Below, one piece after another: positions 51,712-62,555 of a DNA stretch of 64,000 bases. The notes below the pieces were generated by a model that was not told the origin of the DNA, ran no database searches, and worked only from the letters and a program-made list of their open reading frames with translations. The stretch's first letter is position 1; every line of letters begins with the position of its first letter. Source of the stretch: an uncultured delta proteobacterium (lineage in GTDB: Bacteria > Myxococcota > Myxococcia > Myxococcales > Myxococcaceae). Position numbers and translations under genes: made by a program. The stretch covers positions 34,139-98,138 of the forward strand of contig CAVYSY010000023.1 of NCBI GenBank assembly GCA_963771175.1, in the 5' to 3' direction.

Positions 51712-52299
51712 ATGGACACGAGAGAAGCGCTTCTGCAACGCGTCGCGCTGGCTCCCCCAGAGGCGCGCACGCACGGGCAGTACTTCGATGACATCCTGCT
51801 CGGTCTCTCCGAAATGTTCGGCGCCCAGGTGGCCGAGGAGGTGCGGAGCCTCGTCCCACGAGCCGTGGGCCCGGGCTCCTTCAACTACCCCGTGGCGGAG
51901 CTGCTGACCCTGTGCGACGTGGGGGCGCTCGCCGCCGGGCGCCAGGCCGGTGTCGCCTACGGGGAGTGCATCGAAATGCTCGGCGCGTTCGTCGCACGCA
52001 AGTACCTCGACTCCTCGCTCGGCAAGGCCCTGTGGATGACGGCGGGCCGGGACATGCAGGAGGCGGTGAAGCGGTCGCTCGTCTCCATCCGGTCGGGGAC
52101 GACCTACGGCCAGCGGAGGTACGAGTCGCTCGGCCCCACCACCGCTCGTGTCATGTTCCAGCGGGAGTTGCTGGGACCGTCGTGGATGCGCGGCATGTTC
52201 ACATACGGACTCCAGGCGGTGTCCAGCCAGTCCCTGTCCATCTCCATCGAGAACCTGTGCGAGTCGGGCATGATGTTCACCCTGCACGTCACCTGGTAG
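51712..52299 (+). CDS. DUF2378 (myxococcal TIGR02265) family protein
   Basis: FNYPVAELL, YLDSSLGKAL and TYGQR. Confidence 0.8.
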   Translation: MDTREALLQRVALAPPEARTHGQYFDDILLGLSEMFGAQVAEEVRSLVPRAVGPGSFNYPVAELLTLCDVGALAAGRQAGVAYGECIEMLGAFVARKYLDSSLGKALWMTAGRDMQEAVKRSLVSIRSGTTYGQRRYESLGPTTARVMFQRELLGPSWMRGMFTYGLQAVSSQSLSISIENLCESGMMFTLHVTW

Positions 52300-52408
52300 C
52301 GCGCCCCGCGCATGTCCGCTCGGATACGAGCGCGTCACCTGACGGGACCAGAGCCGTTGCCGTCCGGAGGACGAGCCCTACACTGGCGCTCCACCGCTGG
52401 AGGTATGG

Positions 52409-53152
52409 ATGGCTCGCAAGAAGACGCCCCGGGAGAGCGCCGCGTCCGATCTCCGGACGTTGGCCATCGACATCGGAGGAACGGGCCTCAAGGCGCTCGT
52501 CCTTGGTCCGAAGGGGAAGCCGCTCACCGAGCGGCAGCGGGTAGAGACTCCGAAACCCGCCACCCCCAAGGCGGTGGTGAAAGCGCTGACGAAGCTGATC
52601 AAACCGCTCGCCCCGTATGATCGGGTGGCGGTGGGCTTCCCGGGCGTGGTGGTGGACGGGGTGACGAAGACGGCCGCCAACCTCCACGAGGACTGGAAGG
52701 ACTTCGACCTCGCCCGGACGCTGGCCAAGGCCACGGGGCGCCCGACCCGCGTGATCAACGATGCCGGGGTGCAGGGCTTCGGCGTCATCGCGGGGCGCGG
52801 GGTGGAGATGCTCATCACCCTGGGCACCGGCATGGGCTGCGCGCTGTTCGTCGACGGGAAGTACGTGCCCAACCTGGAGCTCGCCCACCACCCGTTCCGC
52901 AATGGGAAGACCTACGAGGAGTACGTGGGCAACGCCGCGCGGAAGCGGGTGGGTCGCAAGAAGTGGAACAGGCACGTGCAGCGGGTGGTGGAGCAGATCC
53001 TCCCCATCTGGAACCCGCGCGTGCTCTACGTAGGAGGCGGGAACGCCCGGATCATCGACGTCCCCCTCCCATCCAACGTGAAGCTCACCCCGAACATCGC
53101 GGGACTGCTGGGTGGATTCGCACTCTGGAAGGATGAGCCGCCCCCTGGGTAG
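52409..53152 (+). CDS. ROK family sugar kinase (polyphosphate glucokinase-like)
   Basis: IDIGGTGLK, VGFPG, INDA, LGTGMG and PNLELAH. Confidence 0.9.
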   Translation: MARKKTPRESAASDLRTLAIDIGGTGLKALVLGPKGKPLTERQRVETPKPATPKAVVKALTKLIKPLAPYDRVAVGFPGVVVDGVTKTAANLHEDWKDFDLARTLAKATGRPTRVINDAGVQGFGVIAGRGVEMLITLGTGMGCALFVDGKYVPNLELAHHPFRNGKTYEEYVGNAARKRVGRKKWNRHVQRVVEQILPIWNPRVLYVGGGNARIIDVPLPSNVKLTPNIAGLLGGFALWKDEPPPG

Positions 53153-53227
53153 GCCGATAAGCAGTCGGCTCGGGCTCGGGATCACAAGAAAGCGCGGCCG
53201 CCTCTGCTCTCGCCTACACTCCTCCGC

Positions 53228-54004
53228 GTGAGTCAGCCCCTGCGCATCCTCATCGCCGATGACGAGCTCGTCGCCCGCAAGCGCCTCGCGCGCCTGCTGG
53301 CGGCCTTCCCCGACGTCACCGTGTGTGGAGAGGCCTCCGACGGCGAGGCCGTGCTCGACACCGTGCGCGCCGGGGGTGTGGACGTGGTGCTGCTCGACAT
53401 CCACATGCCCGGCCTCAGTGGCATGGACGCGCTCGCGCTGCTCCCCGAGGACGGCCCTCGCGTCGTCCTCGTCACCGCCCACGCCGACCACGCGGTGGAT
53501 GCCTTCGAGCACGGCGCCGTGGACTATGTCCTCAAGCCCGTGGAGGCCTCGCGCCTGCAGAAGGCGCTGGAGCGGGTGCGCGCCCGGCTCGCGCCCAGGG
53601 CCCCGGAGCAGGGTCGGGCCTCGGCCGTCGAGCAGCTCGCGCGTCCCCTGGCGCGGCTGCCCGTCCCCACCCGCCAGGGCATCGTGCTGGTGGACCCGGG
53701 GACCATCTCCCACGCCACCCTCGAGGACGAGCTCGTCACCGTCTTCACCTCGCAGGGGGACTACCTCACCGACTTCACCCTCCAGGAGCTGGTGGACCGG
53801 CTGCCCACCGAGGGCTTCTACCGGGTCCACCGGCGCGCCCTGCTCAACCTCACCCACGTCACCCGGCTGGAGCCGCTGGAGACGGGGGGATACCTGGCGC
53901 GCACCGCCCGCGGACACACGGTGGAGGTGAGCCGCCAGTCCGCTCGCGAGCTGCGCCGGATGCTCGGACTGCGCCGGGGCACGGAAGACGAGCCCGGGGC
54001 CTGA
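53228..54004 (+). CDS. LytTR family response regulator
   Basis: IADDE, LDIHMP, DYVLKP, FYRVHR..LLN and VSR. Confidence 0.92.
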   Translation: MSQPLRILIADDELVARKRLARLLAAFPDVTVCGEASDGEAVLDTVRAGGVDVVLLDIHMPGLSGMDALALLPEDGPRVVLVTAHADHAVDAFEHGAVDYVLKPVEASRLQKALERVRARLAPRAPEQGRASAVEQLARPLARLPVPTRQGIVLVDPGTISHATLEDELVTVFTSQGDYLTDFTLQELVDRLPTEGFYRVHRRALLNLTHVTRLEPLETGGYLARTARGHTVEVSRQSARELRRMLGLRRGTEDEPGA

Positions 54005-54049
54005 GTCCCCTCTTGAGGCCGCGCCGTCTGGCCTGCGAGCATGCGACCC

Positions 54050-54691
54050 ATGCTCCAGTCAGACCCCTTCAACGCCCAGCACCAGGGCGCGCGCTGCGCC
54101 GAACACGTCGATCGCCCGGCCAGCGTCATCTGCACCCGCTGCGGCAGCCTATGCCTGCAACCTGTGCCGCAACGAGGGGCCCGATGGCCTGGAGTACTGC
54201 GACCACTGCAGCCCCATGGTGTCCGCCGTGCTCGCGGAGCCGGGCACCCGCCTGGTGGCCCACATCGTGGACAGTCTCGCCACGATGCTCCCGCTCATCG
54301 GAATGCTGTTCGTCGGCATCATCGTGGGCGTGAACACGGAGGCACGGAGGCGACCCAGCGACGAGCGAGGCATCTTCATCGCTCATGTGCATGGGCCTGG
54401 GGGCGATGGGGACCCTCGCGGTGGTGGGCTACCAGATCTATCTGCTCGTCCAGTCACGGCCAGACGCTCGGCAAGCGCATGCTGCGCATCAAGGTGGTCC
54501 GCACGGATGGCAGCCCTGGCGACTTCGTCCGGCTCGTCCTCCTGCGCAGCGTCGTGCCGTACGCCATCAACTTCTTCTGCGGCATCTTCAGCCTCGTCGA
54601 CGCGCTCTTCATCTTCGGCGCCGATCGCCGGACCCTCCATGATCAGATCGCCGACACCAAGGTGGTGAAGGTGGACGAGCACGCCGGCTGA
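54050..54691 (+). CDS. RDD family membrane protein with an N-terminal Cys/His zinc-binding region; frameshifted
   Basis: CAEH...CTRCG; RLVAHIVD; GQTLGKR; RRTLHDQIADTKVV. Confidence 0.8.
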   Translation: MLQSDPFNAQHQGARCAEHVDRPASVICTRCGSLCLQPVPQRGARWPGVLRPLQPHGVRRARGAGHPPGGPHRGQSRHDAPAHRNAVRRHHRGREHGGTEATQRRARHLHRSCAWAWGRWGPSRWWATRSICSSSHGQTLGKRMLRIKVVRTDGSPGDFVRLVLLRSVVPYAINFFCGIFSLVDALFIFGADRRTLHDQIADTKVVKVDEHAG

Positions 54692-54727
54692 GGAGCGCGC
54701 TCGTTCCCGCGGGCCGTCAGGCGCGAC

Positions 54728-55630
54728 TCACGGCGCCAGACCGAAGGACTTGCGGAAGAAGTCCACCATGGCCCGCCGCGACGTCTCCGCCGTCTCCGGC
54801 GAGGGGCGGATGTCCACCGTGCCGCCCTGGCCCGTGTGCGAGTACGGGTCGGTCACCTGGATGGCCGGCTCCAGTCGGTCCCAGCCGTGCGTGGCCCCGG
54901 GGTACATGCGCAGCTCCACATGGAAGCGGTCCTCCGGCGCGAGGCTGTCCACCAGCAACTGGCACGAGTCGGGGTTGTCGTACTGGTCGGCCTCGCCCGC
55001 CTGGATGAAGACGGGCGAGCCGGTGAGCGCGCCGAACTCGTAGCTGGGGACGCGGTTGTAGGCCCAGCACACCGGGTAGAAGGGCGCGTGGGCGACGAAG
55101 CGCTGCCCCGGCTCGGCCTGCGCCGCGTACTTCTGGGTGGCGCTCAGCATCGACATCACCCCGCCCCACGAGAAGCCCATGATGCCGATGCGCGAGGCAT
55201 CGATGGACGGGTGCGCCGACAGGTACTTCAGCGCCCCGTGGGCGTCGGGCAGCGTCTCGGCGACGGCCCTCGGCCGCCCCTCCGCGCCTCCGGACAGGCC
55301 GCGGGCGGACCACATGTCGATCTCCAGCGTGGCGATGCCCGCCTCGTGCAGCGCCTGGGCATGGAAGCTCCCGCGGGTGTCCACGCCGCCCGAGCCGTGG
55401 GCGATCACCACCGCGGGCACCTTCCCCTGCGCGCTCGTGGGGAGGCTCAGCCTGCCCGCCACCTGCAGCGGCGTGGGACTCCCCAGCGCGGGGAAGGACA
55501 CATAGGAGTGCCGGGCCACCGGCGTCTGGAGGGGGTCCTCCGTCGTCGGCTCCTCCTCCTGCGGACACCCGGACAGCAACACCGCGACCGAGAGGCCAGC
55601 AATCCACGGCCTCATGACGGGCTTCTTCAT
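54728..55630 (-). CDS. Dienelactone hydrolase-family alpha/beta hydrolase lipoprotein
   Basis: LSGC lipobox; HGSGG; GFSWGG; GEAD; YPGATHGWD. Confidence 0.88.
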   Translation of the reverse strand: MKKPVMRPWIAGLSVAVLLSGCPQEEEPTTEDPLQTPVARHSYVSFPALGSPTPLQVAGRLSLPTSAQGKVPAVVIAHGSGGVDTRGSFHAQALHEAGIATLEIDMWSARGLSGGAEGRPRAVAETLPDAHGALKYLSAHPSIDASRIGIMGFSWGGVMSMLSATQKYAAQAEPGQRFVAHAPFYPVCWAYNRVPSYEFGALTGSPVFIQAGEADQYDNPDSCQLLVDSLAPEDRFHVELRMYPGATHGWDRLEPAIQVTDPYSHTGQGGTVDIRPSPETAETSRRAMVDFFRKSFGLAP

Positions 55631-55729
55631 GGCTCGACTCCCGAGGGAAGTGGGAGCCGCCATCCTACGGGGCGGGCCGACACGGCGCCGGCCCCGCTGT
55701 CCGCCCGGTGACAGCCGGGTGGAGAAAAC

Positions 55730-56830
55730 TCAACCCTTGGTGGCCAGCACCACGCGGTTGGGGCCGCTCGCCTTGGAGGTGCGCAGGGCCTTCTCCGCGG
55801 CGGAGATGAGCTCCTGCTCGTTGCGGGCCTGGTCCGGGAACACGGCCACCGCCGCGGTCACCGTCACCTCGCCCACGGCGCTGCCGCTGCCCTCCGGGAA
55901 GTCGAGCTCCTCCACCGCCTTGCGCAGCTTGTCGGCATAGAGGCGAGCCCGCTCCACGTCGGCGTTGCAGAGCACCACGCCGAACACGTCCCAGTCGTAG
56001 CGGGCGGCGATCTCCGAGGAGTTGTCGCTCCGGGCGTGGGTGACGGGGTCCTCCATCATCTCCGTCACCATCTGCGCCACCCGGCGCAGCAGCTTGTCGC
56101 CCTCGGCGTAGCCCCGCGAGAGGTTGAAGCGGCGGAAGCCGTCGATGTCCACCAGCACCAGCGCCAGCTTCTGCTCGCGGCGCCGCGCACTCACCAGGCC
56201 GGCGCTCAGCGCCTCCTGGAAGTAGCGGTGGTTGTAGAGCCCCGTCAGGCCGTCGCGGAACGCCAGCCGCTCGCTCTCGGGGATGAGCGACTGCGACGCG
56301 CCCTTGGCCTCGGCCGGGCGCGGCTCCACGGTCTTGACGCGGGTGCTCAGCGGCGAGCCCGGCTTGCCCGCCGCCGGCTTGGCCGAGCCCGGACGCAGCC
56401 CGAGCTGCTCCTTGAGCTCCTGCACCATCTTGTCGCGGATGGAGAGCAGGGCGGCGTTGTGCACCGCCTGGCCGACGGTGTTCTTCAACTCCTGCTCGGT
56501 GAACGGCTTCGTGAGGAAGTGGTTCACCCGCGCCTCGTTGATGGCCTTCTGGGCGTCCTCCAACTTCTGGGAGGCCGTCACGAGGATACGCGCGGCATGG
56601 GGTTGGAGCTCGGCCACCCGCTTGAGGAGGTCGACTCCCATCAACCCATCCCCGAGATTTTGATCCGAGACGACCGCGTGCAGTTGTTCCCGCTGGAGCA
56701 CTTCGAGCGCTTCTTCAGCGGACCGGGCAAGAAAGACCGTGAAGTCCTTGCTCAGGTAGTACTGCATCAGGGCCAGCATCGTCCGGTTGTCCTCGACGAC
56801 GAGGACCTTCGCAGCTACGGGCTCACTCAC
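55730..56830 (-). CDS. Response regulator with a degenerate GGDEF domain
   Basis: VLVVEDN, VSDQ and TKP; DGLTGLYNHR and DIDGFRRFN; A-site reads RYDWDVF. Confidence 0.88.
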   Translation of the reverse strand: MSEPVAAKVLVVEDNRTMLALMQYYLSKDFTVFLARSAEEALEVLQREQLHAVVSDQNLGDGLMGVDLLKRVAELQPHAARILVTASQKLEDAQKAINEARVNHFLTKPFTEQELKNTVGQAVHNAALLSIRDKMVQELKEQLGLRPGSAKPAAGKPGSPLSTRVKTVEPRPAEAKGASQSLIPESERLAFRDGLTGLYNHRYFQEALSAGLVSARRREQKLALVLVDIDGFRRFNLSRGYAEGDKLLRRVAQMVTEMMEDPVTHARSDNSSEIAARYDWDVFGVVLCNADVERARLYADKLRKAVEELDFPEGSGSAVGEVTVTAAVAVFPDQARNEQELISAAEKALRTSKASGPNRVVLATKG

Positions 56831-56928
56831 CAGGGCAGACCAATGCAACGAGGGGGCATGAAGATGGAACGGAGCGTCGCAAAGGATGGGGTCTCGTCGC
56901 AAGTCCTCGTCGCAGGTAGGACCTCACT

Positions 56929-58415
56929 TCAGTCCAAAGGCCACTCGTGGACCGGCCTGCCAGACGCCGCGTGGGCCATGTAACGCTCCAGCAGGGCCGC
57001 CAGGGCGTCCTGCCGGGGCATGTGGGCTTCCAACCGGGCCAACATCTTCCGCTGCCAGCGTGCCCCGGTACACCGGGCGCGAACCCGGGCCTCCACCACG
57101 GAGAGGAGCGAGTCCGCCTCCTCGGCCTCGACCCCAGCACCCACGAGGCCCCGGCGGGCCACGGGCAGCAGCCGCTCCACCAGCTCCACGGACGGGGACG
57201 GGCCGGGGCGAGGGCGCGCGCCGCTCCGGCCACAGCAGCACCGCGTCCAGTCCCTCCTTGGCGGCGCGCAGGAAGTTGCCCCGGGCGCACGTGAAGGGGA
57301 GCCCCGGCAGCAGCGACTCCACCTCGTCGCTCAGCCCGAGCGTGAGGCCCAGCAGCAGCGCTCCGTTGGCCAGCATGTCCACCACCGTGGGGCCCGCCGG
57401 CAGCGCGCGCAGCTCGATGCGCACGTGGCCCCCCGCGCTCGGGTCGTAGATGGCGCGGTTCCAGCTCCACACGGTGCCCTGGTGCAGCCGCAGCTCGTCC
57501 AGCCGGGGCAGCCCCCCCGAGGCCACACGCTCCAGCGGGGACTCCGGCCCGAGCACCGGCAGCAGGGGCGCATGCAGCGCCACCGACTCGGCGAACAACT
57601 CCAGCGGGCCCTGGCGCGCCCAGCCATGCCCGAAGGTGACGCGCCCGTGCCGCGGGGCCTCCGACGGCGCCTCGCCCCGGTCGTCCACCGCCTGCCGGAA
57701 GAGCGCCACGCGCGTCTCGTCCCACAGCCGCCGCCCCAGCAGGAAGGGCGAGTTGCCGCTCACCGCCAGCACCGGCGCCGTCGCCAGTTGGGCCGCGTTG
57801 TACATGCGCGCGAAGTCCGCCGGGTCCACGCGCAGGTGGTACTGCAGCGAGGTGTTGGCGCCCTCCAGCGTTACGTCGTCCCACTCCAGGGTGAGTGGGT
57901 CCTCGCCCCCGATGACCACGTGGAAGGGCTCCTGGCGTCGGCGGCGGATGGCGGCCGACAGCGCCCGGTAGCGCGGCAGCCCCGTCATCGCCCCACTGCC
58001 CAGGTCCACCTCGCGCAGCGTGGGGAGGATGCCCGTCACCGCCACGCGAGCGCCCAACGTGGCCGCCGCGCGCCGCACCTCCGTCAGCGCGCTCTCGAAC
58101 TCCGCGCGCATCGCCGTGAAGGGGCGCCCCGCCAGCGGCGCCGGCCGCAGGTTGACCTCGAGGTTGAAGCGGTCGAGCTCCACCGTCATGCGCGGGTCCA
58201 TCGTCTGGCCCAGCACCTGCCGGTTCACCGGCAGCGGGAAGCCGGCGGCGTCCACCAGGAACAGCTCCAACTCGGCCCCGATGGTGCGCGGCCCCACGCC
58301 GAAACCGGGACGCGCCAGCACCTGACGGAGGGCCTCCAGGCACTCGGTCAATCGCCGGCTGAAGCGCTCATACTCCTCGGGTTCGAACGTCTCTCTCTGG
58401 ATGGCGAAGGCCCAT
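56929..58415 (-). CDS. Glutamate-cysteine ligase family 2 (GCS2) protein; frameshifts near 58408 and 57190
   Basis: IGAELEL, NSPFLLG, ETRVALF, WSWNRAIY, RIELRALPAGPT and TGARWQ. Confidence 0.85.
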
Positions 58416-58430
58416 GGTGGTGGCGAGGCA

Positions 58431-59858
58431 CTAGGAGAAGGTCGGCGAGGGAAAGGTAGTGCCGTGGGGCGCGTCGGCACGTGGGGCGAGCCGCTCCAGC
58501 AGCCGCCGGGAGAGGGACTGCGCCTGCACGCGAATCTCCGGGATGGCCGTGCTCTCCCACAGGTCGCCCCGGCGCGGGGGGCCCAGGGTGAAGAGCCCTT
58601 CGGAGGCGCGGCCCTCCGCATCGAGCAGCGCGCCCCCGGCGTCCGTGGCCAGGCCGAGCCCCAGCGCATCCGAGCTGGACGAGCCCGGCCTCCAGCAGCC
58701 CGCGCAGCAGCGGATGCCCCCGGGCGATGGACGCATCGGGGCCGGTGCAGTTGATGACGTGGTGGACGCGGAACATGGCCTCGTCCGTCCACCCGCGAGG
58801 CCGGACGCGCACCGTCACCCACTCCGCGTCCGTCACCCGGAAGCCCCGCACGCGGGCCGCGTGGAGGCGCAGCAGACCGACGCGCCGGAGCTGCTCGAGC
58901 GATCTCGCTCACCTCGGGGGCCATCCGGTGGCGGTGCACGTCCCAGAAGGACCGCAGGTGTCGCAGGAAGCGGCGCCGCTCCGGCTCCGGCAGGTCGCGC
59001 CACAGCGAGGCCGTCTGGGGCCGCAGCGAATCCATCACCGCGCGCCAGTCCGCCTCCCTCCCGAGCGCTCCGGACCTCTCGGCGCAGCGCTCCGAGGATG
59101 GAGCGGACCCGACGGGGCTCGGAGATGTCCACGGCATTGCCGGCCACGACGCCGGGACGGTGCACGTGTGGCAGCAGCCCGTGCCGGGAGAGGGCGTGGA
59201 TGCGTCCCTCGTGCCCCCGCTCGGCCAGCGAGAGGACGGTGTCCACCATCGTCAGGCCCGTTCCGATGAGCATCACGGAGTGGTGCGACCGGATGTGGCG
59301 CAGGGCCCCCTCGGTCCAGGGCGAGCGGATATAGCGGGGGCTCGTGTAGAGGCCCCCATCCGCCACGGGCAGGTCAGCGGGGAGCGCGTTGCCCACCGCC
59401 AGCACGACCTGCCGCGCCTCGAGCACGGTGCCGTCGGCCAGTTCCACCCGGCGCGCATTACCCGCACGAGAGATGGAGACGACCTCGCCCACCATCGGCT
59501 CCAGGTGGACGCCCGGGGCCGCGCCCTCCCGGGCCTCGCGGAGCACCGCCTCCAGGTAACGGCCATAGCGCCTGCGCTGCACGAAGTCCTCGGGGCCTGT
59601 GTCCGGCTCGACGCGGCGGACCCAACGCAGGAAGTGCTCGGGGTCGTCGGGGAAGGCGCTCATCCTGCTCGCGGGGACGTTGAGCAGGTGACTCGCGCTC
59701 TCCGTGGAGTAGGCCAGCCCGGGTCCCATCCGTCCGGACTTCTCCAGGAGCGCCACCCGCAGGGGCCCCCGGGCGTTCCTCAGGAGTTGAGCCGCCAGCA
59801 GCGTGCCACTGGCCCCGCCTCCCACAATCACCACGTCCCACTGACGCTCAATCCGCAC
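58431..59858 (-). CDS. FAD/NAD(P)-binding protein (YdhS-like); several frameshifts
   Basis: VVIVGGGASG, GLAYS, HLLNVPA.RMS, IGTGLTMVD, WDVHRHR, VINCTGP and WESTAIPEI. Confidence 0.87.
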
Positions 59859-60007
59859 CTGGAGACACTAAGTCTCCCCCTCGGGTCCTACATCCCCCTT
59901 GGCTGCCTGGTGACTGGGCGGCCATTCACGAAAAAGAATCCGGCTGCTCGCCTGGGCTGCTGGCGAGAGACTCGAGGCGCGGGTGGCGTTTCAGCCTTCC
60001 GGCCGCC

Positions 60008-60031
60008 TCACTTCTGGACGTCCAGAAGTGA
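60008..60031. repeat. Perfect 24-bp palindrome
   Basis: TCACTTCTGGAC|GTCCAGAAGTGA, in a divergent intergenic region. Confidence 0.85.
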
Positions 60032-60202
60032 TGTAGGTTGGCGTACCCCCGCGTCCGACCTCATTAAAGTTGCATGTGAGATGCACTTCTAGACGGCTGG
60101 AAGTGAGTGACACCCACACCGTTTCCCGCCACCTCCGGCCCCGGCCCGCTGTCAGGACGAGCCCGTACCCTGGGGAGACACAAAGCATCCAGGGAGACAC
60201 GC

Positions 60203-61728
60203 ATGTCCGCTCCGCTCGCCGTTCCCGCGCTTCGTGCACCGTGGCGAGGCACCGGCGCTGTCTTCCTGGCCCTGGTGGCGCTGCTGCTGGATGGGTGCGC
60301 CACGAGCCGGGCGCCCCCGAGTCGGCTGCGTGGGCAGGGCTCGTCCGCCTCGACACGGGCCAAGGCAAACCGAGCGTCCACGTCCCGCGCCGCGACGTGG
60401 AGCCGGTGGCGGCTGAGCGACAAGGAGTTCAGGAAGGCTGTCGCGCAGCAGGCCCCCTCTGTGCCTGCCGTGGAGCGGCCCCTGGAGCACGCCCGGCAGC
60501 TGTTCGGAGTGCCCGAGCGAAGCGGCTGGTACCGGTACGACGGCAGGAGGCCCACGACCTCTGGCCTCGGAGCCGGGCAGCACCAGGAACCTGCGCCTGT
60601 TGCCCGAGGAAGAGGAGCTCGAAGCGCTGCTACCTGGAGTGGTGCGAGCAGAGGTGGGGCGGCGGGGATTGCCTGCGCCTGCTGGTGGACAAGCCCTTCC
60701 TGGATGGAGATGCCAAGTACGCGCTCGCCATGGCGATTGCGCACAGCAAGGTACTGGGGGCCATGAAGGAGGAACTCGCCCGGATGGTGAACCCCCAGGC
60801 GGTGGTGGCCACCGTGGTGGGCGGGCTCACCATGTACGCCATTCTGCTCGCGCTGCCCGAGCCGGTGAGCAAGGGCGTGGCTGCGCTGCTGACGCTGGGG
60901 GCCATGGCCTACCTGGGCTGGGACACGGTGTGGCGCCTGATAGACGGGTGGCTGGTGCTGATGAAGGAAGTGGATGAGGCCACCACCTTCGACGGCATCT
61001 CCGCCGTCCGGAGAGAAGTTCGGCGACACGATGGGGCAGAAGGCCATGCGAGCCTTCGTCATGCTGGGCACGGTGGCGGTGGGGAACACGGCTTCGGGCA
61101 TGGCGGCGACGCTGCCGAGGTTGCCGGGAGCCGGGCAGGCCGCGGTGGTGGCCGAGGCGCAGCTGGGCATCCGCTGGACGGCGCCAGCGCTGGCTCAGGT
61201 GGAGTCGGTCGCCCTCACCGCCGAGGGCGTCACCATCGCGCTGGCCCCCAACGCCGTCGCCATGGCGGCGCGCGGCAGCTCAGGCGGCAAGGCGGGCGCA
61301 CAGGCTGCACCGCCCAGCTCCGGTGGCCCAGGGGAATGGGTCCAGGCCACCGAGTCCATGTCCGAGCAGGCGCGCCGCTATCAGGCTCAGGTGACGGGCG
61401 CCCCCGAAGGCACCGCCTACCGCGTCAAGTGGGGTGAGCAAGGACGTGGACTTCGACGGCTTCGACCAGGGAGTGCTGCTCGAGGCCAAGGGCACCGGCT
61501 ACGCGCAGTGGATCGACTCAGAAGTCTGGAGTTTCTTCAGGATCTTCCAGGGGCGCGACCAGCTGCTTGAGCAGGCGCAAGCGCCAGTTCAAAGCTGCCA
61601 ACGGAACGCCCATCCGGTGGATCGTGGCTGAGGAGAAACTCGCAGGTGCACTCAGGAAGCTGTTCAAGGCAAACGGTCTCGGGGACATCGAGGTCGTTCA
61701 TGTTCCCCCAACCCCCCCGACCCCGTGA
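60203..61728 (+). CDS. SitA5-like lipoprotein polymorphic toxin with C-terminal Tox-REase-5 nuclease; multiple frameshifts
   Basis: LLDGC lipobox; VRLDTGQG; WC...GDCL.LL; LPEPVSKG; toxin ESMSEQARRYQ...VDFDGF...LLEAKG...IRWIVAE (PD-(D/E)xK). Confidence 0.85.
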
Positions 61729-61742
61729 GGAATAGCCGACCG

Positions 61743-62465
61743 ATGATTGAAACGTATTACGCTGGCTCCTACTGGCTCGCCCGGCCCGAATCCGCCGAGG
61801 CTTGCGCACGACGCGCGGAGCGGTTCTTCCACCTCCTGGGGCGCTGCGACCCGGCGTGGACCCGCTGGTATGAGACGGCAGACTCCTTCGAGGAGGCGCG
61901 CAAACGCCAGTTCCGCACGGATGCGACGAACTTCCAGAAGCTGTTCGCACAGGAGGAACATCAGATTCGGTGACGGCTTCTCGTTCCACCTGTGGACAGG
62001 CGACAGCCTGCGAGGAAACGTCCGGCGTTGACGGGGCGTGCGGTTCTGCTGACCACTGGCTTCCATCGACCTGCGTGCTCAAGCCTTACGATGAGGGGCC
62101 TCATCGGGGAGCGGGTGCTGACCGCGCCCGTCATGACCGAGGTGCTGCGCGCCATGGCCCTGGCCTGGGACCCGGAGTGGGGCGTGGCCACATCCGAGGC
62201 GCACCGGGATAGCGTGACGGAGAAAGCGAAGCCGGGCACCTTCGTCGGCTGGGTGATGTACTTCTCGCGGCTGCGAGGCAAGGTGCCCCCGCTGCCTGCC
62301 CCTGTGCGCATCGAGCCGGTGGAGGACAAGGGCACCCTCGTCATCCTCACCCCCGAGCGCTTTACCGCTTCCAACCCGGAGCACGTCGCGCTGGCCGCTC
62401 GCGTCCACGAGCTGCTGGACCGAGCCGGGCTGCTGCGGCCGTTGCAGCCCTGGCCGGCAGGTTGA
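61743..62465 (+). CDS. Imm52-family immunity protein; frameshifted
   Basis: MIETYYAGSYW..R.ESAEACA; LAWDPEWG; GWVMY; LPAPVRIEPVEDKGTLVILTPERF. Directly downstream of the Tox-REase-5 gene. Confidence 0.85.
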
Positions 62466-62555
62466 CTGCCTGGCTGGAGGCGCCAGCGTCCAGCCGCCAC
62501 TCCAGCATGTGAAGCGAGGGCATCGTGATTGTCACCCGCCTACCCGAGGCGTTCC

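Noticed and set aside
59860..60200. GGAGACAC occurring three times; possible riboswitch in the FAD-gene leader
   Set aside because: The 8-mer is short and one copy is the toxin RBS. I could not match the leader to any riboswitch consensus.
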